Source: Octopus vulgaris (lineage: Eukaryota). Taken from it: 64,000 nt of DNA. The position numbers and the translations under genes were made by a program. The stretch covers positions 12,214,001-12,278,000 of the forward strand of contig OX597836.1 in assembly GCA_951406725.2 (NCBI GenBank). The letters are read 5' to 3'. This document shows, piece by piece, positions 14,491 through 29,884 of the stretch (position 1 is the stretch's first letter; every line of letters begins with the position of its first letter). A model generated the notes under the pieces. The model did no database searches. It was given only the letters and a program-made list of their open reading frames with translations, and was not told the origin of the DNA.

Positions 14491-15376
14491 GAGTTTTATG
14501 GATTCTGTTTGCTGAATAATATTCTGTTGACTCTGAAATGGAAGAAAAATTTCTTACATAAGCAAACGAGAGAAAAAGAAAAATACTCCATTTTTTTTTT
14601 CTTTTCTAAATTTTGAAATTCATTTTCTTTTTTTACGTTTTTTTTCTACCCCCCCCACCTCTCTCTCACTCTCTCTCTCTCTCTCTCTCACTGTTTCTAA
14701 TTCTTTCATTCTCTCTCACTCCTTTTTCTCTTTCTCTCTCAATCTCTTGCTCTCCTTCTCAATCTCTCTCTCCCTCACTCTTTCATTCTCAATTTCTTTT
14801 TCTTTCTTTCTTAATCTCTCTCTCTCTCTCTCTCTCTCCCACTCTCTTCCTCAATCTCTCGTTCTCCCTCTCTGTCTCTCTTTCAACTCTCCCTCCTCTC
14901 CTTTCTCTCCCTCCCTCTCTTTCTCTAATAAAGTTTCAACTCCTATCTCTCTATCTTTCCATTTTTATCCCTACCTCTCTCTCTCTCAGTCCCTCTCTCT
15001 CAGTGTTTCTAACACTTTCATTCTCTCTCACTCCTTCTTCCTCTTTCTCTCTCAATCACTCTTGCTCTCTTTCTCAATCTCTCCCACCACCACCATCATC
15101 ATCATCGTTATTGCACAGCGTTATATCCCTCCATATCGCGATATCATTGCAAGCACACTATTTACAAGAATTAATGCTACTCCTTAATCTAGACTAATCT
15201 GCATTGAAACCATTTCTTAAGAGAAAAAAAATCTCTCCGGAGAGTTCTTACTGGATTTCTCTTTCCTCACCCTCTGCCACCACTACCACCACCACCATCG
15301 CCACCACCACCACCACCACCATACACTTTTTATAGCTTTAAATTTATTATTATTATTATTATTATTATTAGTTTTA

Positions 15377-15580
15377 AGGTGGCGAGCTGGCAGAAGCTGG
15401 GCAAAATGCTTAGCGGTATTTCGCCTGTTGCTACGTTCTGAGTTCAAATTCCACCGAGGTAGACTTTGCCTTTCACTCTTCAGGGTCGATGAAATAAGTA
15501 CCAGCTTAGCACTGGGGTCAATGTAATCAACTTGTCCCCCCCCAAAAAAATTTCAAGCCTTGTGCCTATGGTAGAAAGGA

Positions 15581-15623
<43 letters not shown>

Positions 15624-15842
15624 CATTGATGGCGAGCTGGCAGAGTCGTTAGCACATCAGGTGAAATGTTTAGCGGTACTTTGTCCGTTTTTATGTTCTG
15701 AGTTCAAATTCCGCCAAGGTCAACTTTGCCTTTCATCTTTTCGAGGTTGATAAATTAAGTACCAGTTGAGTACTGGGGTTCAATGTGATCAACTGTCCCC
15801 TCCTCACAAAATCCAGGCTTTGTGCCTATAGTTGAAAGGATT
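15377..15842 (+). mobile_element. Two tandem SINE family B variants with (TAT)n tails
   Basis: ggcgagctggcaga...gagttcaaattcc at ~15380 and ~15630. Confidence 0.8.
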
Positions 15843-15874
15843 ATTATTATTATTATTATTATTATTGTTATCTT

Positions 15875-16036
15875 TTTTTTCTTCTTCTTTCAAATTTGCT
15901 TCCATTTCTTGCCGAGTGTCTTCCCGACTCCTAGGGCAAAGAAACTCATAGTATACATTGGTAGGCCATTAAACTAAACTCACTAGTTCGTTCATTTTTT
16001 TTTCTTTTTTAAAGTTAAATTAAAATACATGGGTAG
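15875..16036 (-). mobile_element. Possible R4/Dong-like LINE 3' UTR remnant in (TAA)n
   Basis: Unique ~160 bp between two TAT/TAA arrays, A-rich then (TAA)n 3' end on minus strand; family assignment is inference from the target sequence. Confidence 0.35.
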
Positions 16037-16099
<63 letters not shown>

Positions 16100-16576
16100 C
16101 ATTATTATTATTCATTTTTTTTTGTTTGTTTCTTTTGGTTCGTTTTAAATTTACTTTTGTTCCAAGACGAGATATTATCAACTTTTATGCCGGCCATACT
16201 TTAATATAATACTGTAGTCCAATTTTCAAATTATTGATAATAACCAATTTGATTTCGCAACAACAACAACAACAGTAACTGCAAAATAAATAATGGTTTT
16301 GTGTTTACGAAACAAAAAATGTGAAATCACACACACACACACACATACACATATATCACACAGTAAGACATTTTTTCACCAATATTGTTGTTGTTGTTCT
16401 TGCAGTTTCTACTTCCTCTTATTCTTGTCAGTCTATCATCTCTAAAAGTCTTTTGTTCTCAAATATGATTTTCAAGTCTTTTAATTAACTGGCAAATGCA
16501 TCTTAATGCACACAAACACACATACACACACACTTATGTCATCACAAACCATGCATATATATATATATATATGCGT

Positions 16577-16980
16577 AGCTGAGATACCAGTGCCGGTGGC
16601 ACCTAAGAGAACCGTCCGAACGTGGCCGTTGCCAGCGCCGCCCTGACTGGCCTCCGTGCCAGTGGCATGTAAAAAAGCACCATCTGATTGTGGCCGTTGC
16701 CAGCTTCGTCTGGCCCCCGTGCCGGTGGCACGTAAAAAGCACCATCCGATCGTGGCCGTTTGCCAGCCTCGTCTGGCACCTGTGCAGGTGGCACATGAAA
16801 AGCACCCACTACACTCACGGAGTGGTTGGCGTTAGGAAGGGCATCCAGCTGTAGAAACACTGCCAGATCATACTGGGCCTGGCACAACCTCCTGGCTTCC
16901 CAGACCCCAGTTGAACCGTCCAACCCATGCTAGCATGGAAAACGGACGTTAAACGATGATGATGATGATGATGATGATGC
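16577..16980 (+). mobile_element. RTE LINE 3' UTR fragment
   Basis: Matches ~22110-22618 and ends in (GAT)n. Confidence 0.88.
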
Positions 16981-17011
16981 ACACACACACAGACAAACCC
17001 TGTAGATATTT

Positions 17012-17237
17012 ACTCTTTTTGCTCTTTTACTTGTTTCAGTCATTTGACTGTGGCCATGCTGGAGCACCGCCTTTAGTCAACCAAATCGACCCCAGGACTT
17101 ATCTTTTGGAAGCCTAGTACTTATTTTATCGGTCTCTCTTGCCGAACTGCTAAGTTGCGGGGACGTAAACACACCAGCATCGGTTGTCAAGCGATGTTGG
17201 GTGACAAACACAGACACACAAACATATATACACACAC

Positions 17238-17300
<63 letters not shown>
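17012..17300 (-). mobile_element. SINE family A 3' half
   Basis: ctcttttacttgtttcagtcatttgactgtggccatgctggagcaccgcc... Confidence 0.8.
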
Positions 17301-17302
<2 letters not shown>

Positions 17303-18509
17303 GTCAAAATAAGCAACAGGATATCAAGTAGTAATGCAGTACAACCGTTTCAAGCAACTCCACTTAATTGAACAGTGCAATCATTACATTAATTTTGATT
17401 TTATTCACCTTCAAGCCATGTGGATAGTACCGGACTGACTTGGTGCTTCAACTTAAATTCTTAATTCAACTGAATCTTAATTATTTCTTATATATATATG
17501 TAGGGTGTCCATGAATTACAGACATCGCTAAATATATCCCCAGTGGTTGTTATATGTTTTTGATAACATAATAGGTTTGACAGGATGATGCCTATATTAC
17601 AATATTACAATAACCAGTAATATGTTGTGCATGTATAGGAGTATTATGATCAAGAAATTAGCTTTAGCTTATCTCACTCTTTCTCGCGGAACCTTTTGCG
17701 GAACCCCGGTTGAGATACATTGTGGTACAAGGTCACTCAGCCTGCTTGAAATAGCAGTCATATCCCCTTGTGCAGTGGGAAAAAAATAAGCACCCTGTAC
17801 ACTCTGTATAGTGGTTTGTGTCAGGCAGAGGGCATCCAGCTGTAGAGACCATACCAAAACAGACAACTGGTGCTTGGTGCCGCTCTCCTACCAGCCAGCT
17901 TCTGTCAAACCATCGGACCCATGCCAGCCTGGAAAATGGATGCTAAATGATTATGATGGTTATGATGATGATGATGATGATGCTTGTTTAATGAGGGCTG
18001 ACTTGGTGCATAACAAAAATGACCATGGTGGATTTGAGCCTTGTGATCTCAACAGGAGGGATAACGCCAAATGTTGTCGTTCGGTGCTCTACCGTCTCCG
18101 CCGTTTGCTCCGATCCTTCTGGAGAGAAACAGTGAAACTGTTCAGCTTAAGTAAGCGTGGCAATAATATTGAGCAATTAAATGTTAATTTCATTAATTAA
18201 TTTGATTGACGTTAAAGACGAGCAACATGTTCCTACTTTGTTATTGCAGAGTTTTGGGGTAAAGTTAATCTCATTTCACACACTAATACTTTTCAATGGC
18301 ACTCTGACGGTGGTGGTGGTGGTGGTGATGATGTTGGTGGTGGTTGTACTGGTGATGGTGGCGGTGCTGTTGTTAGAGGCAGTGGGTATGTTGGCGATGG
18401 TGCTGACAGCGCTGTTGTCTTCTTCTTCCAATCAGGACTCATGCCAGTAGCCACAAAGAATAATCTCTAATAATAATGATGATATAATAATAATAATAAT
18501 AATAATAAT

Positions 18510-19388
18510 AGCACTCAGAGTGCACAAACTTCTGCCAAGGCAACACCAACATCCTCTCAATGATTAGCCAGAGATGATTTTTAAAATGAGAATATCTGAA
18601 ATGAACTCAACTGTTTTCACAAACGAGAATACTAAAAATGAACCCGACCGCTCTCAGAAATTAAGTAAAAAAAAAAATGGAAAAATAATCCAGAATCTTT
18701 GTCTGGTACCGGATCGATCCCAAAATCTAATCAGCTCGTGCCACTCATGAGGCCAAACATCCCTGCAATTTTCATCTGAATCCATGCAGTGGTTCTTGAG
18801 ATATCTGGTACTGGATCGATCCCAAAATCTAATCTGTTTGTGCTTGTCGTGAGGCCAAACATCCCTGCAATTTTCATTTGAATCCATCCAGTGGTTCTTG
18901 AGATATCTGGTACTGGATCGATCCCAAAATCTAATCTGTTTGTGCTTGTCGTGAGGCCAAACATCCCTGCAATTTTCATCTGAATCCATCCAGTGGTTCT
19001 TGAGATATCTGGTACTGGATCGATCCCAAAATCTAATCTGTTTGTGCTTGTCGTGAGGCCAAACATCCCTGCAATTTTCATCTGAATCCATCCAGTGGTT
19101 CTTGAGATATCTGGTACTGGATCGATTCCAAAATCTAATCTGTTTGTGCTTGTCGTGAGGCCAAACATCCCTGCAATTTTCATCTGAATCCATCCAGTGG
19201 TTCTTGAGATATCTGGTACTGGATCGATCCCAAAATCTAATCTGTTTGTGCTTGTCGTGAGGCCAAACGTCCCTGCAATTTTCATCTGAATCCATCCAGT
19301 GGTTCTTGAGATATATCATGTCTATGGACAAACAAACAAACAAACACCACTGAAAACAATACCCCCGCCTCCGCTAAAGCAGAAGTAA
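18510..19388. mobile_element. Non-autonomous HINE / DINE-1 / pearl-like (Helentron-associated) element with internal tandem array
   Basis: Sub-terminal inverted repeat acttctgc (18528-18535) / gcagaagt (19379-19386); internal 102-bp array; (CAAA)n microsatellite ~19328-19345; imperfect terminal palindrome tacccccgcctccgctaaagcagaagta. Confidence 0.7.
18703..19314. repeat. Tandem array, 102-bp unit x6
   Basis: ggatcgatcccaaaatctaatc recurs at 18711, 18813, ... with 102-bp period; the 34-aa periodicity of ORFs 18654..19343 and 18731..19285 reflects this. Confidence 0.97.
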
Positions 19389-19565
19389 ATATGATGGTAG
19401 CAGTAATAATTATAAGAGGAATAACAATGATTATGAATGATAGTGGTAATGATATGATAATACAACAGCAGTGATAATAATGTTAACGACGATAACAAGT
19501 CGTGGTAGTATTAGTAGTAGTAGTAGTGGAGGCAGCAGTAATGAAAACAATAAAAGGCATAAATG

Positions 19566-19601
<36 letters not shown>

Positions 19602-19844
19602 GTGATAATAATGAGGAATAACAACAAAGAGCTGTTGTTTGGATGAAGCTTCTTGTTTTGTGTCTTTGGTGAATTGTACCGACTATCATTATGATGAACA
19701 CACAGCTGCCTGCCAGGGGGGGGAGGAAACGGTTAAGAGTTAACAAAACACTGGCAAACAGAAAACGCGCACGCACGCACATGCACACATGCATAAACAT
19801 AAGCATACACACACATATATTTATATATGTATATATTTATATGC

Positions 19845-19931
<87 letters not shown>

Positions 19932-19945
19932 TCATATACACACAC

Positions 19946-20011
<66 letters not shown>

Positions 20012-20189
20012 ACATATAGATAACGGACGCTAAACGATGATGATGATGATGATGATATACATATATATATAAAATATATATATATATAGAAAATATATAT
20101 AGATATATATACATATATATATATAAGATATGTATATATATAGATAGATAGATATATATAAATATGTATAGATATATAGATATATAGAT

Positions 20190-22683
<2,494 letters not shown>

Positions 22684-22808
22684 TGTATATATATAGATAT
22701 ATATATATAGATATATATAGATAGATATATATATAAATATGTATATATATAGATATATATATATATAAATATGTATATATATATATATATATAAATATGT
22801 ATATATAT

Positions 22809-22843
<35 letters not shown>

Positions 22844-23459
22844 TGTATATATATATATATATATAAATATGTATATATATAGATATATATATATATATAT
22901 ATATATAGATAGATATATATATAAATATGTATATATATAGATATATATATATATAAATATGTATATATATAGATATATATATATATAGATAGATATATAT
23001 AAATATGTATATATATAGATATATATATATATAGATAGATATATATAAATATATAGATATATATATATATAAATATATATATACACACACACACACACAC
23101 GTATGTGTGTGTATATGAACTTATTGAATTAGTATTGTTGTAGATAGCTGGATTTGCTAATTAAGTTGGTCATGGCAGAAAAGTTAATCATAACAGTGGG
23201 GGTGGTGTGGGGTGGGGTGGGATTTTTTGTTGTGGACGGTGGGGGCTCGTGGTAGTGGTGATGGTGGTGTTTGTTGTGGGGGGTGAGGGGGCTGATGATG
23301 GTGGTGATGACAACGATGTGCGAGGGGAAACTAACTGCACATGCATGCATGTAATAGACAGCAGATCTCCAGTGAAATTTAGTCGAACGAAGCACATATT
23401 TTCATTTCTGACGACACACATCGTTTTTTTTTTTGTTCTTTCTGCGTCCCTCCATCTTT

Positions 23460-23906
23460 ACACCTGCACACACACACGCACACACAGACACACGCATGCA
23501 CACACACACACGCACACATGCATACACACACGCATGCATACACACACGCATGCACACATGCAAGACACACACACACAAGCATGTACACACACACACACAA
23601 GCATGTACAAACACACACATGCACGAACACACACACACACACACACATGCACACATACAACCATGCACACACACACACACAAGCATGCACACACAGACAC
23701 ACGCACACACATGCATGCACATGCACACACACACACACACATGCACACATACAAGCATGCATACACACACAAGCATGCACACACACAAGCATGTACACAC
23801 ACACACACACACACATGCATGCACATGCACACACACGCACACACACACACACACGCATGCACACACACACACACAAGCATGCACACACACACACACACAT
23901 ACACAC
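23460..23906. repeat. CA-rich compound microsatellite
   Basis: Direct reading. Confidence 0.9.
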
Positions 23907-24780
23907 GAAGGAGCTGTCTTGATCTATCCCTTTCTTTTGAGCTCTTTCTCTCCTCCAGCTCCCTCTCGCATCCTCCATCCCTCCGTCTACCTCTTCCCCT
24001 CTCTCTGTATCCCTCCTCTTTCTCTCCCTCTCTCACTCTCGCTTCACTTGCTGCAGTTCTTGATCATGATGACGACGATGATGATGATGATGACAGTTCT
24101 TTATTCCAAAGTTTCACTCTAATTCTTCATCTTCTGTAATCACACACACACACACACACAGTCTTACACCTCTATCTCTCCATCTCCTCTTCCTCTCTCT
24201 CTCACTCACTCTCTCTCTCTCTCTCTCTCTCTCTCCTGTTCTTGATGTTGTTGGCCATTCTTTATACCAAAGTTTCTCTCTAATTCTTGATCTTGGTTGT
24301 GGTGGTGATGTTGATGCCAACTGCTGTTTTTTTGGTTTTTGTGGTGGCGGCGGCGGCGGTGGCGGTATTGACAGTCCTGGTTGTGATGTAATGATCTTTA
24401 TTAGTCATGATGATAGTCTCCTCATGGTGGTGGTGACAGTATCCTCGAGGTTGTTAACCAATAGACACTCAGGGTGAGTCAGCAGGTGCGCTGGAGCGCG
24501 GAACAAAATGACTGTTGCGGAATTTGTTCTTTTCTCTCTGCACTCTCGAGTTCAAATCCTCTCCTCACCAGCTTTGCCTTTCAGTCATTCGAAGTCTATA
24601 AAAAGAAATTAACAACCCAGTGTGTTGGATTAATAGAATCGGTAGAGTGTCAGAAGAAACAGCTTGTGGGGTCTTTTCTTTCTCTCTGGCCTCTGAGTTC
24701 AAACCCTTTCCAGATGAGCTTTGCTTTTCAGCCATTCAAGGTTCATAAAAAGGAAGCAGCAGCCTAAGGCATTGGATTAA

Positions 24781-24988
24781 CCCTTTCATTACCGTATTAA
24801 TTTTGAGTTACTCTGTGTTTCTTTCAATTAATTTTAAATATAACGAAGAATTTAGTGAAATAACTTAGTTATCATTCAGCTAGTGTTAGGAATATAAATC
24901 GTGGAAGATTTTAATTCAAAATTTATGAAAACAAGACATTTGTACTAAAGAGCCAAAGGTGGTTTCAGCTGGGTTGGTAACGAAAGGG
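24781..24988. mobile_element. piggyBac-like MITE family 1
   Basis: TTAA at 24777-24780 and 24989-24992; ends ccctttcattacc / ggtaacgaaaggg (13-bp TIR, 2 mismatches). Confidence 0.85.
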
Positions 24989-25687
24989 TTAACAGAATTG
25001 GTAGAGAATCAAATGAAACAATTTGTGTTAATTGTTCCTTCTCTCTGGCCCCTGAGTTCAAATCCTGCCTGGATCAACTTTGCCACTTAACCATTCAAGG
25101 ACAATAAAATAAAGTAATTACTAGAGGGTAATTATAGAGCATCCATCAAGTTGTGGAACTTGCCCCGGCTCTTTGTGTCCTGAGTTCTCAAGAAGCAAGC
25201 ACTTCAGGGAGCACTTTATGGGGCACTTTTCCTCTCTCTACCATGACCTTCCTTTCCAAATGCTACCTGGAGAACATAACAAGGGCTTGGCTTAAGAGGG
25301 ACCGCTCTATCCTCAAACACTTCCTAGGTGCAATCTCAATGTCAGTCATGACTGAAGGGGGTCTTTACTCTTTTCTAGGAGAGGGTAACCAACTACTAAA
25401 ACCATACCAAAGCAGACCTTGAAATACAAGGCAGTCCTTGCCGCTTTCAGCAGATCCTCTCAGGCCACACCCAACACATGCCAGCCAGCAAGGAAGGTGG
25501 ACATTAGAAGATGCTGACGTGCTCTTCTCTCAGGGCCATTCCTTAGCAGTGTCACACAACTCCTCGGCTCCAACAATGCAACAAAAATGGAAACTGAAAC
25601 CATAAAGAATTCGATGCCAATAATTTTGACTGACATTAATTTCCATTTATTTCTTGCCGCATTTTTTGCTATTCTTTCGTAATTTTT

Positions 25688-25745
<58 letters not shown>

Positions 25746-25847
25746 TGCAAGGTTTGGTAGTGTAATTTCAGTTTTATTGGTAATTTCATAGTAATTATTA
25801 TTATTATTATTATTATTATTATTTTGATTATCATCATCATTATTATT

Positions 25848-25880
<33 letters not shown>

Positions 25881-26099
25881 CTTTCAATATTTCGTCAATA
25901 GGCGTCTGTCGCTTCTCTTTTACGATCGGCGTTTCAAATAAACAAACAAATAAATAATTTAATTTCGGTTAAAATATTCATGCACCTTTTCAGTCAGTTC
26001 TCATAAAGCGAGCGAGCGAGCGAGTGCTGCACTGCACAGTTCGTTGTCTGCCGTTTTATACACACACATGCACACGGGCAGTCACTTAGTTTTGCAAAC

Positions 26100-26728
26100 C
26101 CACACACGCGCATACACACAGACATTCACACACACACACACATACACACACTCACTGATATTCGGATACACACAGACATTCACACACACACATACACACA
26201 CTCACAGACATTCACACACACACACACGCATTCACACACACACACAGGCATTCACACTCACAGACATTCGGACACACACAGACATTCACACACACACACG
26301 CATTCACACACACACAGGCATTCACACACACACACAGGCATTCACACTCACAGACATTCGGACATACACAGACATTCACACACACACACGCATTCACACA
26401 TACACAGACATTCACACACACACACACACACGCACGCATTCACACACACACAGGCATTCACACACACACAGACATTCACACACACACACACACACACACA
26501 CGCATTCACACACACACACAGGCATTCACACACACACAGACATTCACACACACACACACATTCACACACACTCACACATTCACACACACACACGCATTCA
26601 CACATACACAGACATTCACACACACACACACACACACGCATTCACACACACACAGACATTCACACACACACAGACATTCACACACACACAGACATTCACA
26701 CACACACACGCATTCACACATACACAGA

Positions 26729-26772
<44 letters not shown>

Positions 26773-27048
26773 CATTCACACACACACAGACATTCACACA
26801 CACACAGACATTCACACACACTCACACATTCACACACACACAGACATTCACACACACACAGACATTCACACACACACAGACATTCACACACACACACACT
26901 CAGACATTCGGACACACGCAGACATTCACACACACACACACACACACACACTCACTGACATTCGGGGACACACACACACAGACATTCACATACTCACAGA
27001 CATTCACACACTCACAGACATTCACACGCCCACACACACACACACTCA
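26100..27048. repeat. CA-rich minisatellite, unit (ca)n-gacattca / cgcattca
   Basis: Direct reading. Confidence 0.92.
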
Positions 27049-27066
27049 TGCCCTATCTCTTCCCCC

Positions 27067-27101
<35 letters not shown>

Positions 27102-27557
27102 AAACACACATTTTTGTTTATTCCAATGCTATTAAAATATTTCAATTAACCGAATCTAACTTACTTTCTTTTTACCTTTTGACTTTTCTGAGAACCAATT
27201 TATTATTCCTGACTTTACTACTACTACTACTAATACTACTACTACTACTATTACTATTAATATCATTATTAAGTTCAAATATTGAGGAGTTCAAGCTCTC
27301 CTTTCATCATTCTTTGGTTGATGGAATAAAGTATGAGGCAAGTACGGAAGGAGTTCAGCTTAATCGACTGACCTCCCCCGCCTCGAATAAATAAATAAAT
27401 AATATTGGTGCCCTTGTGCCTCTATTAGGAATTTTTGCAGGCTGAAGGGAACTGCTAATTTACGGGGAGGTAAACACACCAAAAATCGGTTGTCAAGCAA
27501 CATTGGTGGGGACAAACACAGACACACAAACATATGTATATATATATGTGTGTGTGT

Positions 27558-27842
27558 GGAGGCACAATGGCCCAGTGGTTAGGGCAGCGGATTCATGGTC
27601 GCAGAATCGCGGTTTCAATTCCCAGATCAGGCGTTTTTATTGAGCGCAAACACTTAAAGCTCCACGAGGCTCCAGCAGGGGCTGGTGGCGATCCCTGCTG
27701 TACTCTTCCGACACAACTTTCTCTCACTCTTTCTTCTGCTCGCTTAGCCAGCGGGGTGGCGTCATTTGAAGGCTAAGACAATGTGAAGCGCATTGTGACC
27801 AGCGATGTGTAGCAACATTTGATAGCCTGGTCGGTCACAGTG

Positions 27843-27844
<2 letters not shown>
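27558..27844 (+). mobile_element. SINE family C (tRNA-derived head), tail type 1
   Basis: ggaggcacaatggcccagtggttagggcagcgg...ggtttcaattccc A/B-box-like motifs; ~190 bp shared with 40647-40962. Confidence 0.8.
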
Positions 27845-27874
<30 letters not shown>

Positions 27875-27876
<2 letters not shown>

Positions 27877-28418
27877 CCGGCTTCTTTCGGTTTCCATCTA
27901 CCAAATCCACTCACATGACTTTGGTCGGCACCTGAGGCTATAGTAGAAAGCATTTGCCCAAGGTGCCATGCTGTGAGACTGAACCCAGAACCATGTGGTT
28001 AGGGAGTTAGCTTGTTACCACACAGCTATGTCTGCACCTGTATATATATATATATACTGTTATTCTTTTTTCTTATTTCGGTCCTTTGACTGCAGCCATG
28101 CTGGAGCAGTGCCATAAAGGGTTTTAGTTGAAGAAATCAACCCCAGGACTTTGTGAGCCTAGTGCTTATTCTATCAGTCTATTTTGCTGAACCGCTAAGT
28201 TATGGGGACAAAAACACACCAGTATCACATGCCAAGCGATGATGAGGGGACAAATACACACACACACACATATGATGGGTTTCTTTCAGTCCCTCTCTAC
28301 CAAATCCATTCAAGAGGCTTTAGTTGGCCCAAGGTTATAGTAGAAGACACTTGCCCAAGGTGCCATGCAGTGGGACTGAACCCAGAACCATGTGGTTGAG
28401 AAGAAAGTTTAGCCACGT
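27875..28418 (-). mobile_element. SINE family A copies
   Basis: Head half 27875-28040 and a near-complete copy ~28060-28418. Confidence 0.75.
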
Positions 28419-28441
28419 CAGTATGTATGTATGTATGTTTG

Positions 28442-28480
<39 letters not shown>

Positions 28481-28483
28481 ATG

Positions 28484-28523
<40 letters not shown>

Positions 28524-29849
28524 GTATATATACATATATGTATAAATATATATATATATATACATACATATATGTATATAGATATATACATACATATATG
28601 TGTATATATATGTATATATATATATATATATATATACAAACACACACACACATACATACATACATACAAAGGAATTGTTTTGCCAAAGAATTTTCAATGG
28701 CTGATGAAAACCGTGTTTTTTCCTTTCATTCTGTAGACAGACATAATAAATCTGTATGGAATCAATGTCGCGAAGAATTTTGTGTAAGTTTTTGTTGTCA
28801 GCAAGTATTGAACAAACACTGGGACAAACAAAGACTGTAAATGTGGAATTATTATGAAAAATGGTTAAAACATTAACTTAATAAAATGTACTAAATAAAA
28901 ATTTCAATTAACATGCGAGTTTTGGGGAGAGACAAAAAGAAAAATGGAAAGAAAAGGAAGAAAAATACAATGCAAAGCAAATGGAACACAAAACTCAAAA
29001 CTGTGATCAATAACAATTGATTAGCTGCAGAGTAATAATAATACGAAATAAATAAACGAATAAATATAAAAAGGCATGTTATTAACAAATGAATCTTAAT
29101 TTGCTCTCGTTATGTTTATAGAGACCTGTCACTAGAAAGAGGGGGTGGATCATAAAGAGATAATTTTAAGTGACTTTTGCTAGTTGCAGGTTAAATTTAT
29201 TACAAAAAAAAACAAAAAAAATTACTACTCGGAATTGAATTTCTGAAAGACTGCTGCCAGCAGGCCTATTATGCTATTTGATGGCTATTTAATAGCCGCG
29301 ATCATCATCATCGTCATCACCCGCGCCGTCATCGCTGCGGCTGCTCTCGTCATAGTCTTTGTCGTTAATATTACACAATTATTATGTTTATTCTAGACAA
29401 TACATGACAAATGATACCTGTCATATGTCATACTTTTTGTTCGTTAAATGACATTTATTAGAATTTAAATTGTATTTTTTTTTTTGCGTTTTGTTTTTAA
29501 TTTTCGTTCATTTTGGTGTTTTTTTCCTTCTAATTTTGCGCTGAGATTTTAAAATCAGATTTTTCTTTATTTTCCATTATTTTTTAAATATTTTCTTTTC
29601 ATAAACTCGATATGTTGAATTTCATTTACAAGCTATTATTGTCATTATTATCATTGTTATTATCGTCATAATTATTGTTATTATTATCATCATCATCGTT
29701 ATCATTGTTATTATTGACATTGTTTAACATTCATATTAATTTATCATTTCTTAATATATATATATATATATATTGGTTTAGTGGGTTTTTTTCTGTGTGT
29801 ATTAGATTTTACTATGATATATAGAGTTAGATTTGTTTTAATTCAATTT

Positions 29850-29884
29850 AATTTATTTTATTTTATTTTCATTTACAGGTAAGT
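29850..29884 (+). other. Candidate recursive-splicing ratchet point / splice acceptor (polyY-CAG|GTAAGT)
   Basis: atttattttattttattttcatttacag|gtaagt: U-rich tract with no AG for >40 nt, CAG at 29876-29878, consensus donor hexamer at 29879-29884. Confidence 0.55.

Noticed and set aside
18654-19343. 229-aa and 184-aa repeat proteins; CRISPR-like regularity
   Set aside because: By-product of a 102-bp tandem unit inside a transposon; units are contiguous with no unique spacers.
27558-27632. tRNA gene-like sequences at SINE heads
   Set aside because: A/B boxes are present but there is no complete cloverleaf; they continue directly into SINE bodies.
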